In this document: one piece after another, positions 52,474-63,103 of the stretch
Numbering within the stretch: position 1 is the stretch's first letter
Layout of the letters: every line of letters starts with the position of its first letter
Source: an uncultured Candidatus Rokubacteria bacterium
GTDB lineage: Bacteria; Methylomirabilota; Methylomirabilia; Rokubacteriales; DASRDR01
Assembly (NCBI GenBank): GCA_963708025.1
Contig: CAVPSB010000012.1
Coordinates: forward strand, 411,195-475,194
Direction of reading: 5' to 3'
DNA: 64,000 bases
Position numbers and translations under genes: made by a program
Notes under the pieces: generated by a model
Told to the model about the DNA's origin: nothing
What the model saw: the letters and a program-made list of their open reading frames with translations, nothing else
Databases searched by the model: none

Positions 52474-53649
52474 GTGCGGATCCACGAGTACCAGGCCAAG
52501 GCGCTCCTGAAGGACTTCGGCGTCCCCGTCCCCCGGGGCGAGGTCGCCGACAGTCCGGCGGCGGCCCGGGCGGTCGCCGGGCGGCTGGGCGGCAAGGTCG
52601 TCGTCAAGGCCCAGATCCATGCCGGCGGGCGTGGGAAGGCCGGCGGCATCAAGGTGGCGGCGACCCCGGACGAGGCCGAAGCGGCGGCCCGCCAGATCCT
52701 CGGCATGCGCCTGAGGACGCCGCAGACGCCGCCCGAGGGCATCGTCGTCCAGAAGGTCCTGGTCGAGGAGGCGTTCCCCGTCGCCAAGGAGCTGTACCTG
52801 GCGGTCACCCTCGACCGCGAGGTCGGCGCCCCGGTGGTGATGGCCTCCGAGGCCGGCGGCATGGAGATCGAGGAGGTGGCGGCGCGGTCGCCCGAGAAGA
52901 TCCTCCGGGAGCCGGCCGATCCCGCCCTCGGCCTCCTGCCGTTCCAGGTCCGGCGGCTCGTCTTCGGGCTCGGCCTCGACGGCGACCTCGGCAAGGCGGC
53001 CGGGGCGGCCATCGGCGGCCTCTACATGACCTTCGTCGCCCGCGACTGCTCGCTGGCCGAGATCAACCCGCTGGTCACGACCGCCGACGGCCGGCTGCTG
53101 GCGCTCGACGCCAAGCTCAGCTTCGACGACAACGCCCTCTTCCGCCACCCCGAGATCAAGGGCCTCCGCGACACCAACGAGGAGACCCCGCTCGACGTCG
53201 AGGCCTCGAAGTTCGGCCTCAACTACATCAAGCTCGAGGGGACCGTGGGCTGCATGGTCAACGGCGCCGGCCTGGCCATGGCCACGATGGACATCATCAA
53301 GCACGCCGGCGGCGCTCCCGCCAACTTCCTCGACGTGGGCGGCGGCGCCAACGCCACCCAGATCGAGAACGCCTTCCGGATCCTCCTGTCGGACCCGAGC
53401 GTGCGGGCGGTCCTCGTCAACATCTTCGGCGGCATCCTCCGCTGCGACGTCCTGGCCGACGGCATCATCCGGGCCGCCCGCAATTTGAAGATCGGCGTGC
53501 CCGTCGTCGTCCGGATGGAGGGGACCAACGTCGAGGAAGGGCGCCGGATGCTGAAGAGCTCCGGGCTCGACTTCACGACCGCCGACGGGATGAAGGACGC
53601 CGCCGAGAAGGTCGTTCGCCTGGCTGCCGGGGCGGGGGCCGGCCGGTGA
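52474..53649 (+). CDS. sucC: Succinyl-CoA synthetase beta subunit
   Basis: [42 protein letters not shown]. Confidence 0.97.
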   Translation: MRIHEYQAKALLKDFGVPVPRGEVADSPAAARAVAGRLGGKVVVKAQIHAGGRGKAGGIKVAATPDEAEAAARQILGMRLRTPQTPPEGIVVQKVLVEEAFPVAKELYLAVTLDREVGAPVVMASEAGGMEIEEVAARSPEKILREPADPALGLLPFQVRRLVFGLGLDGDLGKAAGAAIGGLYMTFVARDCSLAEINPLVTTADGRLLALDAKLSFDDNALFRHPEIKGLRDTNEETPLDVEASKFGLNYIKLEGTVGCMVNGAGLAMATMDIIKHAGGAPANFLDVGGGANATQIENAFRILLSDPSVRAVLVNIFGGILRCDVLADGIIRAARNLKIGVPVVVRMEGTNVEEGRRMLKSSGLDFTTADGMKDAAEKVVRLAAGAGAGR

Positions 53650-54521
53650 GCGTTCTCGTCGGCCGCCAGACCCGGCTCCTGGTCCAGGGGATCACCGGGC
53701 GGGAGGGCTCCTTCCACGCCGCCCGCTGCCGCGAGTACGGCACCCAGCTCGTGGCCGGCGTCACCCCGGGCAAGGGCGGCACGACCCACGAGGGCACGCC
53801 GGTCTTCGACACCGTGGACGCCGCCGTCCGGCAGACCGGCGCCGACGTCTCGCTGATCTTCGTCCCCCCCGTCGCCGCCGGCGACGCCATCATGGAGGCG
53901 GCCGACGCGGGGGTCGAGCTGATCGTCTGCATCACCGAGGGCATCCCGACGCTCGACATGGTCCGCGCGCGGGCCTTCCTGGCCGACCGCCGCTCCCGGC
54001 TCATCGGTCCCAACTGCCCGGGCCTGATCACGCCGGGGCAGGCCAAGGTCGGCATCATGCCCGGCCACATCCACAAGCCGGGCCCGGTCGGCGTCGTCTC
54101 CCGCAGCGGCACCCTGACCTACGAAGCGGTCCACCAGCTCACCGGCCTCGGCATCGGGCAGTCCACCTGCGTGGGCATCGGGGGCGACCCGCTGATCGGG
54201 ACCTCGTTCGTGGACGTGCTCCGGCTGTTCCGCGACGACCCCGACACCCGCTACGTGGTCCTGATCGGCGAGATCGGCGGCACCGGCGAGGAAGCGGCGG
54301 CCGGGTTCCTGGCCGAGGGATTCGGCAAGCCGGTCGTCTCCTTCATCTGTGGCCAGACCGCGCCGCCCGGCCGGCGCATGGGTCACGCGGGGGCCATCAT
54401 CGCCGGCGGGAAGGGCACCGCCGCCGAAAAGATGGTGGCGCTCGCGCGGGCGGGGGCCCAGGTGGTCAAGAGCCCCGCCGACATCGGCGAGACGATGGCC
54501 CGCGTGATGAAAGGCCGCTGA
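53646..54521 (+). CDS. sucD: Succinyl-CoA synthetase alpha subunit
   Basis: [28 protein letters not shown]. Confidence 0.97.
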   Translation: MSVLVGRQTRLLVQGITGREGSFHAARCREYGTQLVAGVTPGKGGTTHEGTPVFDTVDAAVRQTGADVSLIFVPPVAAGDAIMEAADAGVELIVCITEGIPTLDMVRARAFLADRRSRLIGPNCPGLITPGQAKVGIMPGHIHKPGPVGVVSRSGTLTYEAVHQLTGLGIGQSTCVGIGGDPLIGTSFVDVLRLFRDDPDTRYVVLIGEIGGTGEEAAAGFLAEGFGKPVVSFICGQTAPPGRRMGHAGAIIAGGKGTAAEKMVALARAGAQVVKSPADIGETMARVMKGR

Positions 54522-54525
54522 CCGG

Positions 54526-54951
54526 GTGGCCCTCGAGCGCACGCTGGTCATCGTGAAGCCCGACGCGGTGCAGAAGGGCGTGGCCGGCCAGGTGATCACG
54601 CGCTTCGAGCGGGCCGGGCTGCGCATCCTGGCCCTGCGGATGGTCCACCTGTCGGTCCTCCAGGCGGAGGGCTTCTACGCCGTCCACCGCGAGCGGCCGT
54701 TCTTCGGGAGCCTCACCAGCTTCATGAACCAGGGCCCCTGCATCCCGATGGTGCTCGAGGGCGAGGGCGCGATCGCCCGGGTCCGCGAGCTGATGGGCGC
54801 GACGAACCCCGCCCAGGCGGCGCCGGGGACCATCCGGAAGGACTTCGCGGAGTCCATCGAGGCGAACGCCGTCCACGGCTCCGACTCGGCGGCCTCCGCC
54901 ACCTTCGAGATCCCGTACTTCTTCCCCGGCCTCGATCTCTCCGGACGCTGA
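54526..54951 (+). CDS. ndk: Nucleoside diphosphate kinase
   Basis: [22 protein letters not shown]. Confidence 0.97.
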   Translation: MALERTLVIVKPDAVQKGVAGQVITRFERAGLRILALRMVHLSVLQAEGFYAVHRERPFFGSLTSFMNQGPCIPMVLEGEGAIARVRELMGATNPAQAAPGTIRKDFAESIEANAVHGSDSAASATFEIPYFFPGLDLSGR

Positions 54952-54992
54952 TGGACGAGGCGCTCCGGACGCTGCCCCGGTAAGCGGCCCCC

Positions 54993-56501
54993 GTGGGCCT
55001 CTTCGCCAAGCTCCTCGTCGCCAACCGGGGCGAGATCGCCGTCCGGGTGATCCGCGGCTGCCGGGACGCCGGCGTCCGGAGCGTCGCCGTCTATTCCGAG
55101 GCCGACCGGGACGCGCTCCACGTCCGCCTGGCCGACGAGGCGTATCCCATCGGGCCGCCGCCCGCGAGCCAGAGCTATCTCCGCATCGACCGCCTGATCG
55201 AGGTCGCCGGGCGCGCCGGCGCCGACGCCGTGCATCCCGGCTACGGCTTCCTGGCCGAGAACGCGCAGTTCGCCGAGGCCTGCCGGGCGGCCGGGCTCGT
55301 CTTCGTCGGCCCGCCTCCCGCGGCGATCGCCGCCATGGGAGACAAGACGGCCGCCCGGCGGATGGCGGCGGCCTGCGGCGTGCCGCTGGTGCCGGGGACC
55401 CGGGAGCCGGTGGGCTCGGACGAGGAGGCGGCGCGGGTCGCGCGCGAGCTGGGCTACCCGGTGATGATCAAGGCGGCCATGGGCGGCGGCGGGAAGGGGA
55501 TGCGGCTCGTGGCCTCGCCCACCGATCTCGGCTCGGCGCTCCGCCTGGCCCGCTCGGAGGCGACCTCCGCCTTCGGGGACGGCGCCGTGTACCTGGAGAA
55601 GGCGCTGGTCGAGCCACGCCACATCGAGATCCAGGTCCTGGCCGACGCCCACGGCCAGGTGGTGTCGCTGGGCGAGCGCGAGTGCTCCATCCAGCGCCGT
55701 CACCAGAAGCTGATCGAGGAGGCGCCGTCGCCCTTCGTGGACCCCGCCCTGCGGGCGGCGATGGGCGAGGCCGCCTGCCGGCTGGCGGCGGCCGCCGGCT
55801 ACCGGAACGCGGGGACCGTGGAGTTCCTCGTCGACGCCGAGCGGCGCTTCTACTTCCTCGAGGTGAACACGCGGCTCCAGGTCGAGCACCCGGTCACCGA
55901 GCTGGTCACGGGGCTCGACCTCGTGCGGGAGCAGCTCCGGGTGGCGGCCGGCGAGAAGCTCGGCTTCACGCAGGACGAGGTGACCCCGCGCGGCTGGGCC
56001 ATCGAGTGCCGCATCTCGGCCGAGGACCCGGCGGCTCACTTCCGGCCGTCGCCCGGGCGCATCACGGCCTGGCGACCGGCCGCCGGCCCCTGGGTGCGGG
56101 TCGACACCGGCGTCTACGAGGGCGCCGAGGTCCCGCTCCACTACGATCCGCTCATGGCCAAGCTCATCGTCTGGGGCCGGGACCGGCCAGAGGCCATCCG
56201 GCGGATGGCGCGCGGCCTCCGCGAGTTCGGGGTGGCCGGCGTCCGCACCACGATTCCCTTCCACGCGGCGGTCATGGCGCACCCGGACTTCCTCGCCGGG
56301 AGCATCTCGACCGCCTTCGTGGAGCGCCACGGCGGCGCGCTCGTCGCGCCGCCGGACCCGGCCCGGGCCCGGGCGGCGATGGTCGCCGCCGCGCTCCACG
56401 CCCACCGGCGAGCGAGTCGCGCCCGCCTGGTCGCGCCGGCGGCGCCGGTGTCGCCGTGGGCGCTGGCCGGGCGGCCGGGGCTCCGGCGCTTCTCCCGCTA
56501 G
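54993..56501 (+). CDS. accC: Biotin carboxylase subunit (acyl-CoA/pyruvate carboxylase)
   Basis: ANRGEIA, HPGYGFLAEN, GGGGKGM, ECSIQRRHQK, EVNTRLQVEH. Confidence 0.9.
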   Translation: MGLFAKLLVANRGEIAVRVIRGCRDAGVRSVAVYSEADRDALHVRLADEAYPIGPPPASQSYLRIDRLIEVAGRAGADAVHPGYGFLAENAQFAEACRAAGLVFVGPPPAAIAAMGDKTAARRMAAACGVPLVPGTREPVGSDEEAARVARELGYPVMIKAAMGGGGKGMRLVASPTDLGSALRLARSEATSAFGDGAVYLEKALVEPRHIEIQVLADAHGQVVSLGERECSIQRRHQKLIEEAPSPFVDPALRAAMGEAACRLAAAAGYRNAGTVEFLVDAERRFYFLEVNTRLQVEHPVTELVTGLDLVREQLRVAAGEKLGFTQDEVTPRGWAIECRISAEDPAAHFRPSPGRITAWRPAAGPWVRVDTGVYEGAEVPLHYDPLMAKLIVWGRDRPEAIRRMARGLREFGVAGVRTTIPFHAAVMAHPDFLAGSISTAFVERHGGALVAPPDPARARAAMVAAALHAHRRASRARLVAPAAPVSPWALAGRPGLRRFSR

Positions 56502-56504
56502 CCG

Positions 56505-57011
56505 ATGCGCTCGACGGTGACGCTGGGCGGCGAGACGAAGGCGGTCGAGGTCGTCGAGGAGGGCGAACGCTACCGCGTGCGGCTGGGTGACGAATGGCTC
56601 GACGTCGACGCCCAGGGCGGCGCCGGCGGCCCCATGTCGCTCCTGATCGACGGCGTCGCCTGGCTCGCGGACCTCGACGAGGCGAACGGCGAGATCGTGG
56701 TGACGCTGGACGGCGAGCCGTTCCGGCTGCAGGTCGAGGAGGCCGGGCGCCACGTCGGGAGGCGCCGGAGCGCCGCCGGCGGCGCCGGGCAGCGCCTGGT
56801 GGCCCCCATGCCCGGTCGCGTGGTGGCGGTCCACGTCCGGCCCGGCGACCGCGTCGAGCCCGGCGCGCCGCTCGTCGTCCTCGAGGCGATGAAGATGGAG
56901 AACGAGTTCCGGGCGACGGCGGGCGGCGTGGTGGCCGAGGTGGCGGTGTCCCCGGGTCAGGCCGTCAACGCCGGCGACCTCCTGGTGGTCGTGACGCCCG
57001 ACGCGGCGTAG
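56505..57011 (+). CDS. accB: Biotin carboxyl carrier protein
   Basis: APMPG, EAMKMEN biotinylation motif. Confidence 0.88.
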   Translation: MRSTVTLGGETKAVEVVEEGERYRVRLGDEWLDVDAQGGAGGPMSLLIDGVAWLADLDEANGEIVVTLDGEPFRLQVEEAGRHVGRRRSAAGGAGQRLVAPMPGRVVAVHVRPGDRVEPGAPLVVLEAMKMENEFRATAGGVVAEVAVSPGQAVNAGDLLVVVTPDAA

Positions 57012-57017
57012 CGGCCG

Positions 57018-58061
57018 GTGAACGCGATCCGGCTGGGCCTGAGCGTGCCGAACCGCGGCATCGTCATCGGCGCCGGCGATCCACACGATCTCCTCGCGAT
57101 GTGCGAGGTCGCCGACCGCTCCGAGCTGTTCGACGCCGTCTTCACCGGCGACAGCCTCGTCGCCAAGCCCCGCATCGACGCCATCGTCTTCCTGTCGATG
57201 GTGGCCGGGCGGACCCGCCGGGTGACGCTCGGCACCGCGTGCCTGGCGAGCTTCATCTTCCGGCACCCGATCGTGCTGGCCAACCAGTGGGCGGCGCTCG
57301 ACCTCCTGAGCGGCGGCCGGACCCTCATGGTCGCCTGTCTCGGCGGCGGCCCCAACACCACCAGCGGCCATCGCTCGCCGAGCGGGGCCCGGTGGGACAC
57401 CGAGTTCGCGGCCATGGGCGTGACCATGGCCGAGCGGGTGGCGCGGCTGGTCGAGGGCATGGCCATCCTGCGCGCCCTGTGGACCGGCGAGCCGGTGACG
57501 CACCACGGCCGCTTCTACCGGTTCGACGACGTCCAGCTCAACGTGACGCCGGTCCAGCGGCCGTGCCCCATCGCCATCGCCAGCAACCCGCAGCCCCCTT
57601 ACGCCGACGCGGCGCTGATCGAGCGCGCCCTCAAGCGGGTCGGCGAGCTGGGCGACGGCTGGCAGGTCGAGATGAGCACGCCCGAGGAGTTCGGCGCGCG
57701 CTGGCAGCGGATCCGGGCGCACGCTCGCGCGGCCGGGCGGGACCCGCTCCCGTCGACCTCGATGATCCACTTCTACGTGAACGTCCAGGATCGGAGCGAG
57801 GCGGCCTTCGACGAGGCCCGGCGCTTCTACGAGGCGTACCACCTGGGCACGTTCCCCGACGACTACCTCCGCTGGCGCCTCGTCACCGGCTCGCCGGCCG
57901 AGGTGACGGAGCGGCTCGCCCGCTTCCTGGACGCCGGCTGCACGCTGCCGATCCTCCGCTTCGCGAGCTGGGATCCGGTCGGCCAGATGCGCCGCGCGGT
58001 GGAGACGGTCATCCCGGCCCTCCGCGACCACGCGAGCCGTCTGGCAGGGTCTTGCTACTAG
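57018..58061 (+). CDS. LLM class flavin-dependent oxidoreductase
   Basis: AGRTRRVTLGTA, RHPIVLA, LDLLSGGR, GEPVTHHGRFY. Confidence 0.88.
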   Translation: MNAIRLGLSVPNRGIVIGAGDPHDLLAMCEVADRSELFDAVFTGDSLVAKPRIDAIVFLSMVAGRTRRVTLGTACLASFIFRHPIVLANQWAALDLLSGGRTLMVACLGGGPNTTSGHRSPSGARWDTEFAAMGVTMAERVARLVEGMAILRALWTGEPVTHHGRFYRFDDVQLNVTPVQRPCPIAIASNPQPPYADAALIERALKRVGELGDGWQVEMSTPEEFGARWQRIRAHARAAGRDPLPSTSMIHFYVNVQDRSEAAFDEARRFYEAYHLGTFPDDYLRWRLVTGSPAEVTERLARFLDAGCTLPILRFASWDPVGQMRRAVETVIPALRDHASRLAGSCY

Positions 58062-58172
58062 GTAAGCTAACGTCGGGTTCGTGAGTTCCGGGTTAGGGCG
58101 GTCAAGCCACTCCTTGACCCCTCCCGCCCCACGGGCTAGGCTTGGCGCACTCCCCCAGCTGGAGGCTGCGGC

Positions 58173-58322
58173 ATGCAGTGTCCCCGGTGCCACGCGGAAA
58201 ACGAGGGAGGCTCCCGATTCTGTGAGGAGTGCGGGGCCTGCCTGGAAATAGCCTGCCCAAGCTGCGGGCCAACGGCGGCCAGGGGGAGCTCTGGGGGCAC
58301 GGAATGGGCTCGCGAACGGTGA
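58173..58322 (+). CDS. 49-aa zinc-ribbon peptide (truncated double zinc ribbon)
   Basis: GGAGG RBS; MQCPRCHAENEGGSRFCEECGACLEIACPSCG...; TGA overlaps the in-frame GTG 58319 of the next gene; not in the ORF track. Confidence 0.65.
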   Translation: MQCPRCHAENEGGSRFCEECGACLEIACPSCGPTAARGSSGGTEWARER

Positions 58323-61224
58323 CCGCTCGAGACCCCGAGGTCCCGAGGGGTGTGTGGCTCACCCTCGGGCCGGTACGGAGCGCGATCGAGACGCTGCTGG
58401 CCGAGCTGTTGAAGCCGCAGCAGCCGAGCGCCGCCCTCCAGCAGGCGGTCATCGAGGAGCTGGGGCGGCCCGTGAAGCGGACGGACGTGGTCCTCGAATA
58501 TCTCGGCCTGAGGATGGTCGGCCCGGACCCCGAGGGCGGGGTGCCGCTGCTGCTGGTGGCGCCGCACCTCGCGAAGGACCCGTGGCGAGAGGCGCTCCTC
58601 GTACCCGGCGGGGAGTGTCCTATCGGGATCGTCATCAACACGTGCGATCGCGGGACGGTGGCGCTCGTCCACGAGGTCTTCGCCCACTTCTCAGCCCCGC
58701 AAAAGCACTGGGTCACGCGCTACGTTGCGCTCGCCGCGCGCGGGGACCGCCACGAGCGGATCATCGAGCGCCTGAGCGGGGACACGGACAACGCGCAGGC
58801 GTTCGCGGAGCTGGTGGTGGGGGCGCGGCGGGAAGTTCAGCTCATGGACCCGTCCCTTCTGGTCAGCCGGGATGGCCAGATTCGAGTCCAGCTCGGCAGC
58901 CTGTTCGATACGACCCGGAACCTCCTGCGGGAAGGGGTGTCCGGGGAGCAGGTGTTCATCCTTCCTCCCACGCTCTTCGCGGACAGGACGAACTACTTCG
59001 ACATCGAGTTCCTGGTCTACCTGAACTTCTTCGTTCGGAGAGGGCGGCGCACGCGGATCGTCGGGACGGCCGAGCAGCGCGTGACGCTGAAACGGCTGCT
59101 GACGCTGACCGTGTTCGGCGTCTTCGACCCGGAGACGAGTGAGCCGCCCACCTTCGACCAGCTTCACGAAGCCTATGGCGTGCCGGACCGGGAAGCCTAC
59201 GCGCTGTTCCGCGCCGCCCACGAGGAGTACTGCGCCCGACAGGGCCCGGGGCCCGCGAGCCCGGTGCTGGGCCTGGACGCGTACGTGGAGTTCTTCGAGC
59301 TCCAGGGCGGCGAGACCGTGGTGCCTCTCCACCCGCCGGCTGCCCCCGACGGCTCCGCACTCGGCCAGGTTCACGTGAAGCAGACCGACCCCGGGAGCGT
59401 CCACGTCCGTATCGTGCAGGGCGACGGTCGATCCATCGACAAGCGGCTGGAGGTGGCCGCGCCCCGCCGCAAGCGCGCCGGCATCCCGGAAGAGTTTCGC
59501 CGGGCCCTCCACTTCGCCACCGATCGGCCCCGGTTCGGCGTGACGCCGCTCGGGACCAGTCACGGGTTCGATCCCGCGGGGGACCTGACCAGCTTCGTCG
59601 TGTGGCTCAACGGGAAGGGCATCCTGGTAGACCCGTCGCCGGAGGCGCTCGCCTATCTGGAGCAGATCGGCGTGGCACCGGTCGATCTGCCCTACGTGTT
59701 CCTGACGCACGTGCATGCGGACCACGACGGCGGGCTCCTGGAAAAGCTCCTGAGCGGCAGTCGAACGACCGTCATCGCCTCGGACCCGGTCTTCCGCGCC
59801 TTCTGCGAGAAGGCCCGGCTCATCACCGGTCACGACTTCCAGCGCGAAAGCCTCGTCACCCAGCTGTCGGCCAACCCGGGCGCACCCGTGACCATCGAGA
59901 TCGGTGGCGAGCGCGCGGTTCTCGAGACCCGATGGAATCTCCACCCGATCCCCACCAACGGGTTCCGGCTGAGCTTCGGTGGGCGGACCTTCGGCTATTC
60001 CGGCGACACGCAGTACGACCCGAGCCTCCTGGCGCGGTTGCACGAGGGGGAAAGCTGACCCGGGCCCAGTTCGACGCCCTCATGTACTTCTTCTGGACCC
60101 CGACCGGGATCCCGCGGGTCGACCTTCTCTACCACGAAGCCGGCATCCCGCCGATCCACACGGCCAAGGAGGCGCTCCAGGCGCTGCCCGATCCCGTCAA
60201 GGCCGCGACCTTCCTCGTGCACATCGCCGACAAGGAGGTGCCGGGGGGCTTCCGCCCGGCGAAGCCACCCGTGTTCGCCACCCACGTGCTCCTGCCGCCG
60301 AGCGAGCGCTGCCGGGAGAGGATCCTGCTGGAGACCTTCCGGCAGGTCGCCTACCTCTACGACACCCCGGCCGAGACGCTGGGGGAGCTAGCCCGCGCCG
60401 CCGAGATCCGCGAGTACTCACCGGGCGAGGTCGTCATCCGGAAGGGCCCCGTCGCGAGGGACGAGACGCTGCACTTCTACCTCGTCGCGGACGGCGAAGT
60501 GGCGGTGAAGGACGGCCGGCGCCTCGTCAGTACGCTCAAGAAGGCCGACAGCTTCGGCGAGTGGGGGATCAGTCACCAACGCGGGTTCCGGGCGGCCGAC
60601 GTCGTGGCGGTGCGTCCCTCCCAGTGCATTCGGCTGTCGGAGGCCCAGTACCGACAGCTTATCGAGCGCCATCCGGTGATCCAGGAGCGGATCGGCAAGA
60701 TCCGCAGCCTGCTGCCGCGCCTCGAGCTGGCGCAGGCCCGGTCACGGCTGAAGGTGGAAGCGGACCCCTCGAGAGAACGGAGCGTGATCACGAGCATGAC
60801 AACGAGCCAGCTCTCCGCCTTCGCCATCTTCAGCGAGGTCAGGGCCTTCACGTCGGGTCAACCCATCGTCGTCGAAGGGGAGAAGGCCGATGGTTTCTAC
60901 ATCTTGCTTTCCGGCCATCTGATGGCGACGGTCCGGGGCCGGGTCGTCAGAGAGCTCGGCGAGGGGGACGTCTTCGGGGAGATGGGGCTCCTCGAAGGCG
61001 GGCGGCGCGGAGCGACCGTGACGGTCGTGTCCGCCGACGCCGAAGTCTTGTTCATGGGGAGACGGAGCTTCGAAGACCTCCTCGAGACGGTGCCCGTGTT
61101 TTCCTGGGAGATTCGGGAAACGGCCCTCCTTCGCCGCGACCCTTCTCGACATGGCCCTGAGGCCCCCGACAGGCCCGCGCCCGTCGTGGCGAAACCCGAG
61201 GGGGCGGCCAGGGATGCTGGGTGA
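58304..61224 (+). CDS. Metallo-beta-lactamase-fold cyclic-nucleotide phosphodiesterase with two cNMP-binding domains (frameshift at ~60050)
   Basis: FGVTPLGTSHGFD, ILVDP, THVHADHD, HPIPT, YSGDT, HEAGIPPIHT; two CNB domains (FGEWG..RAADV; FGEMGLL..RGATV). Confidence 0.82.
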
Positions 61225-61304
61225 CGCTCGAACCGGCGGATAGAACGCCGGGTAGTAGCCGAAGCCGACCACTGGGTACTCGAGGAAGACGCCCCGCATC
61301 GCCC

Positions 61305-62387
61305 TCAGCGCTCCCCTGTCCAGCAGTCGAGGAAGGCCCGCACCTCGTCGCCCCAGACGAGCGCCCCGTCCCGGGCGAAGACATGGCCCTCGTCCGGTGT
61401 CAGCCCGAAGGCCGGGAAGACGCGGGCCTGGTGGGGGTGGCCCAGTCGCGCGAGGTCGGCGGCCAGCTCGCGGGTCGGCGCCGTGCTGTAGTCGTTCGCG
61501 GCCTGGACGAGGAAGATGGGCACCTGGAGCCGCCGGGCCGCCGCCGTCATCGTCTCGCGCAGCCGGGGCGTCCGCTCCCAGTTCATGGCGGCGCCCGCGA
61601 AGTTGACGACGCAGCGGAAACGTGCGCAGCGCGCGCCGGCCAGCAGGGAGACCGTGCCGCCGAAGGAGCTGCCGAGGACCGCGATGCGCCCGGGCGCGAC
61701 CTCGGGGCGGCGCTCCAGGAACTCCAGCGCGGAGACCACGTCCTCGCTCTCCGCCTCGAGCCGGCGGGCCAGCTGGTCGTCGTACTCGGCCGTCCCGAAG
61801 TCGCCCGTCACCTCGCTCCGCCAGGCGGGTCCCGGGGAGTTCCCGTAGCCGCGGCGGTGAGGGAGGAGTGAGGCGTAGCCCCAGCTCATGAGGAGCGCCG
61901 CCGTCCCCGGCCGGCAGACGTCGGTTGACCCCTGGTGGATGGTGCTCCCATGGTTGGTGACGACGCAGGGGAACGGCCCGGGCCCTGGCGGCGTGTACAG
62001 GTAGCCGGCCAGCTCGAGCGGCCCGCTCCGGAACCGGACCTCCTGCGGGAGGATCGGCTGGCCCTCCGGCACGCGGGCCGCATCCTCGCCGTCCGGCCGG
62101 GCCACCTGGCGCTCGAAGCGCGTGAGCAGCGCCGTCATCTCGGCCCGCACCGCGGCGAACTCCGGGCTCGCGGCCCGCACCGCCAGGTCCTGGGCGTGCG
62201 CCTCGGCCGAGGCGAAGGCGCACTCCCACGCCACGTCGGGGCCCTGGGCCGCCGGGTCGGCCTTCGCGAAGATCACGCCGGGCAGGAGCCCCAGTCGCCG
62301 CCGCACGGCGCTGGCCTTGCGTCGCGTCCGCAGGACGTCCTCGGCCCGGCCGGGGCGGGCGTAGTAGCACGTTCGCTCGACGATCAT
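61305..62387 (-). CDS. Dienelactone hydrolase/S9-like alpha/beta hydrolase with an N-terminal NIPSNAP/ABM-like domain
   Basis: NHGS, RRGYG, GSSFGG nucleophile elbow, AAND, EGH; ~95-aa N-terminal dimeric alpha-beta barrel-like segment. Confidence 0.8.
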   Translation of the reverse strand: MIVERTCYYARPGRAEDVLRTRRKASAVRRRLGLLPGVIFAKADPAAQGPDVAWECAFASAEAHAQDLAVRAASPEFAAVRAEMTALLTRFERQVARPDGEDAARVPEGQPILPQEVRFRSGPLELAGYLYTPPGPGPFPCVVTNHGSTIHQGSTDVCRPGTAALLMSWGYASLLPHRRGYGNSPGPAWRSEVTGDFGTAEYDDQLARRLEAESEDVVSALEFLERRPEVAPGRIAVLGSSFGGTVSLLAGARCARFRCVVNFAGAAMNWERTPRLRETMTAAARRLQVPIFLVQAANDYSTAPTRELAADLARLGHPHQARVFPAFGLTPDEGHVFARDGALVWGDEVRAFLDCWTGER

Positions 62388-62444
62388 GCGTTCCCCGTCA
62401 GTTGGCCTGGAGGCTAGCGTGGCCCCCCGCGGGCCGGGGCGTGG

Positions 62445-62705
62445 TCACTCTCCGTAGTGAGTCCTGGCTCGCTCAACGTAGATGATTCGGCGTTCCTCAT
62501 CGAGGCTGTAGACGATTCGGTCCTTGTAGGTGAGGCGATACGAGTAGCTTCCCGCCAGATCCCCGAGCAGTTTCTTCCCCTCGTAGGGGTTCTGGGCTAG
62601 GACTTCAAGGAGGATATCTCGGAGCTTGCCCTTGAGCTTGGGCGGGAGGTGTTCGACGTCTTTCTTGGCCTGCTTCGTGAAGCGGATCTCCCAGGGGGCG
62701 CTCAC
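62445..62705 (-). CDS. RelE/YoeB-type toxin
   Basis: FTKQAKKD, NPY, KLLGDLAGSYSYRL..KDRIVY, THYGE. Confidence 0.88.
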   Translation of the reverse strand: MSAPWEIRFTKQAKKDVEHLPPKLKGKLRDILLEVLAQNPYEGKKLLGDLAGSYSYRLTYKDRIVYSLDEERRIIYVERARTHYGE

Positions 62706-62959
62706 TGCGCGCCCAGCACCTCTTCCAGCGAGTAGGTCTCACCCCGAGCGATCTCGCGCCGAGCTCGGCGAACACTCTTGAGTAATCCCGGCGTGGAGAG
62801 AAGCTCCAACGTTTCCAGCAGGCTTTCGTAATCCTCCTGAGAGAGAAGGATTGCATCACCATCCTTGTGTGTGATCCGGTACTGGCGATGGCCCCGAACT
62901 GATCGTTTCAGCAAGCCGAACAGTTCCCTCCGCGCCTCCGTCGCTGTCACGGTCTTCAC
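62702..62959 (-). CDS. Phd/YefM antitoxin
   Basis: TATEARREL, LLSQEDYESLLETLELL. Confidence 0.9.
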   Translation of the reverse strand: MKTVTATEARRELFGLLKRSVRGHRQYRITHKDGDAILLSQEDYESLLETLELLSTPGLLKSVRRARREIARGETYSLEEVLGAQ

Positions 62960-62971
62960 GGCCTTGCCTCC

Positions 62972-63023
62972 TGTACCACTTTCTGTACACCAGAGCGTAC
63001 CGTAACCCCCTCACGCTCGTCAA
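62972..63023 (-). promoter_or_regulatory. TA promoter and operator
   Basis: Minus-strand TTGACG-N18-TACGCT; TGTACA (62984) and TGTACC (62972) spaced 12 bp, like the yefM-yoeB operator. Confidence 0.7.
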
Positions 63024-63103
63024 GCCATGGCGGAAAGCGTGAGCGAGCAGAGAGTTATAGCGAGGTGGCCCGGCGCCTGGGGCGATGGGACTGGGGGGGA
63101 GTC

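Noticed and set aside
60041-60058. GGGGGAAAG followed by a stop as a programmed -1 frameshift
   Set aside because: The heptamer is not in canonical slippery phase and it splits a catalytic domain; similar indels in icd and aconitase point to sequencing error.
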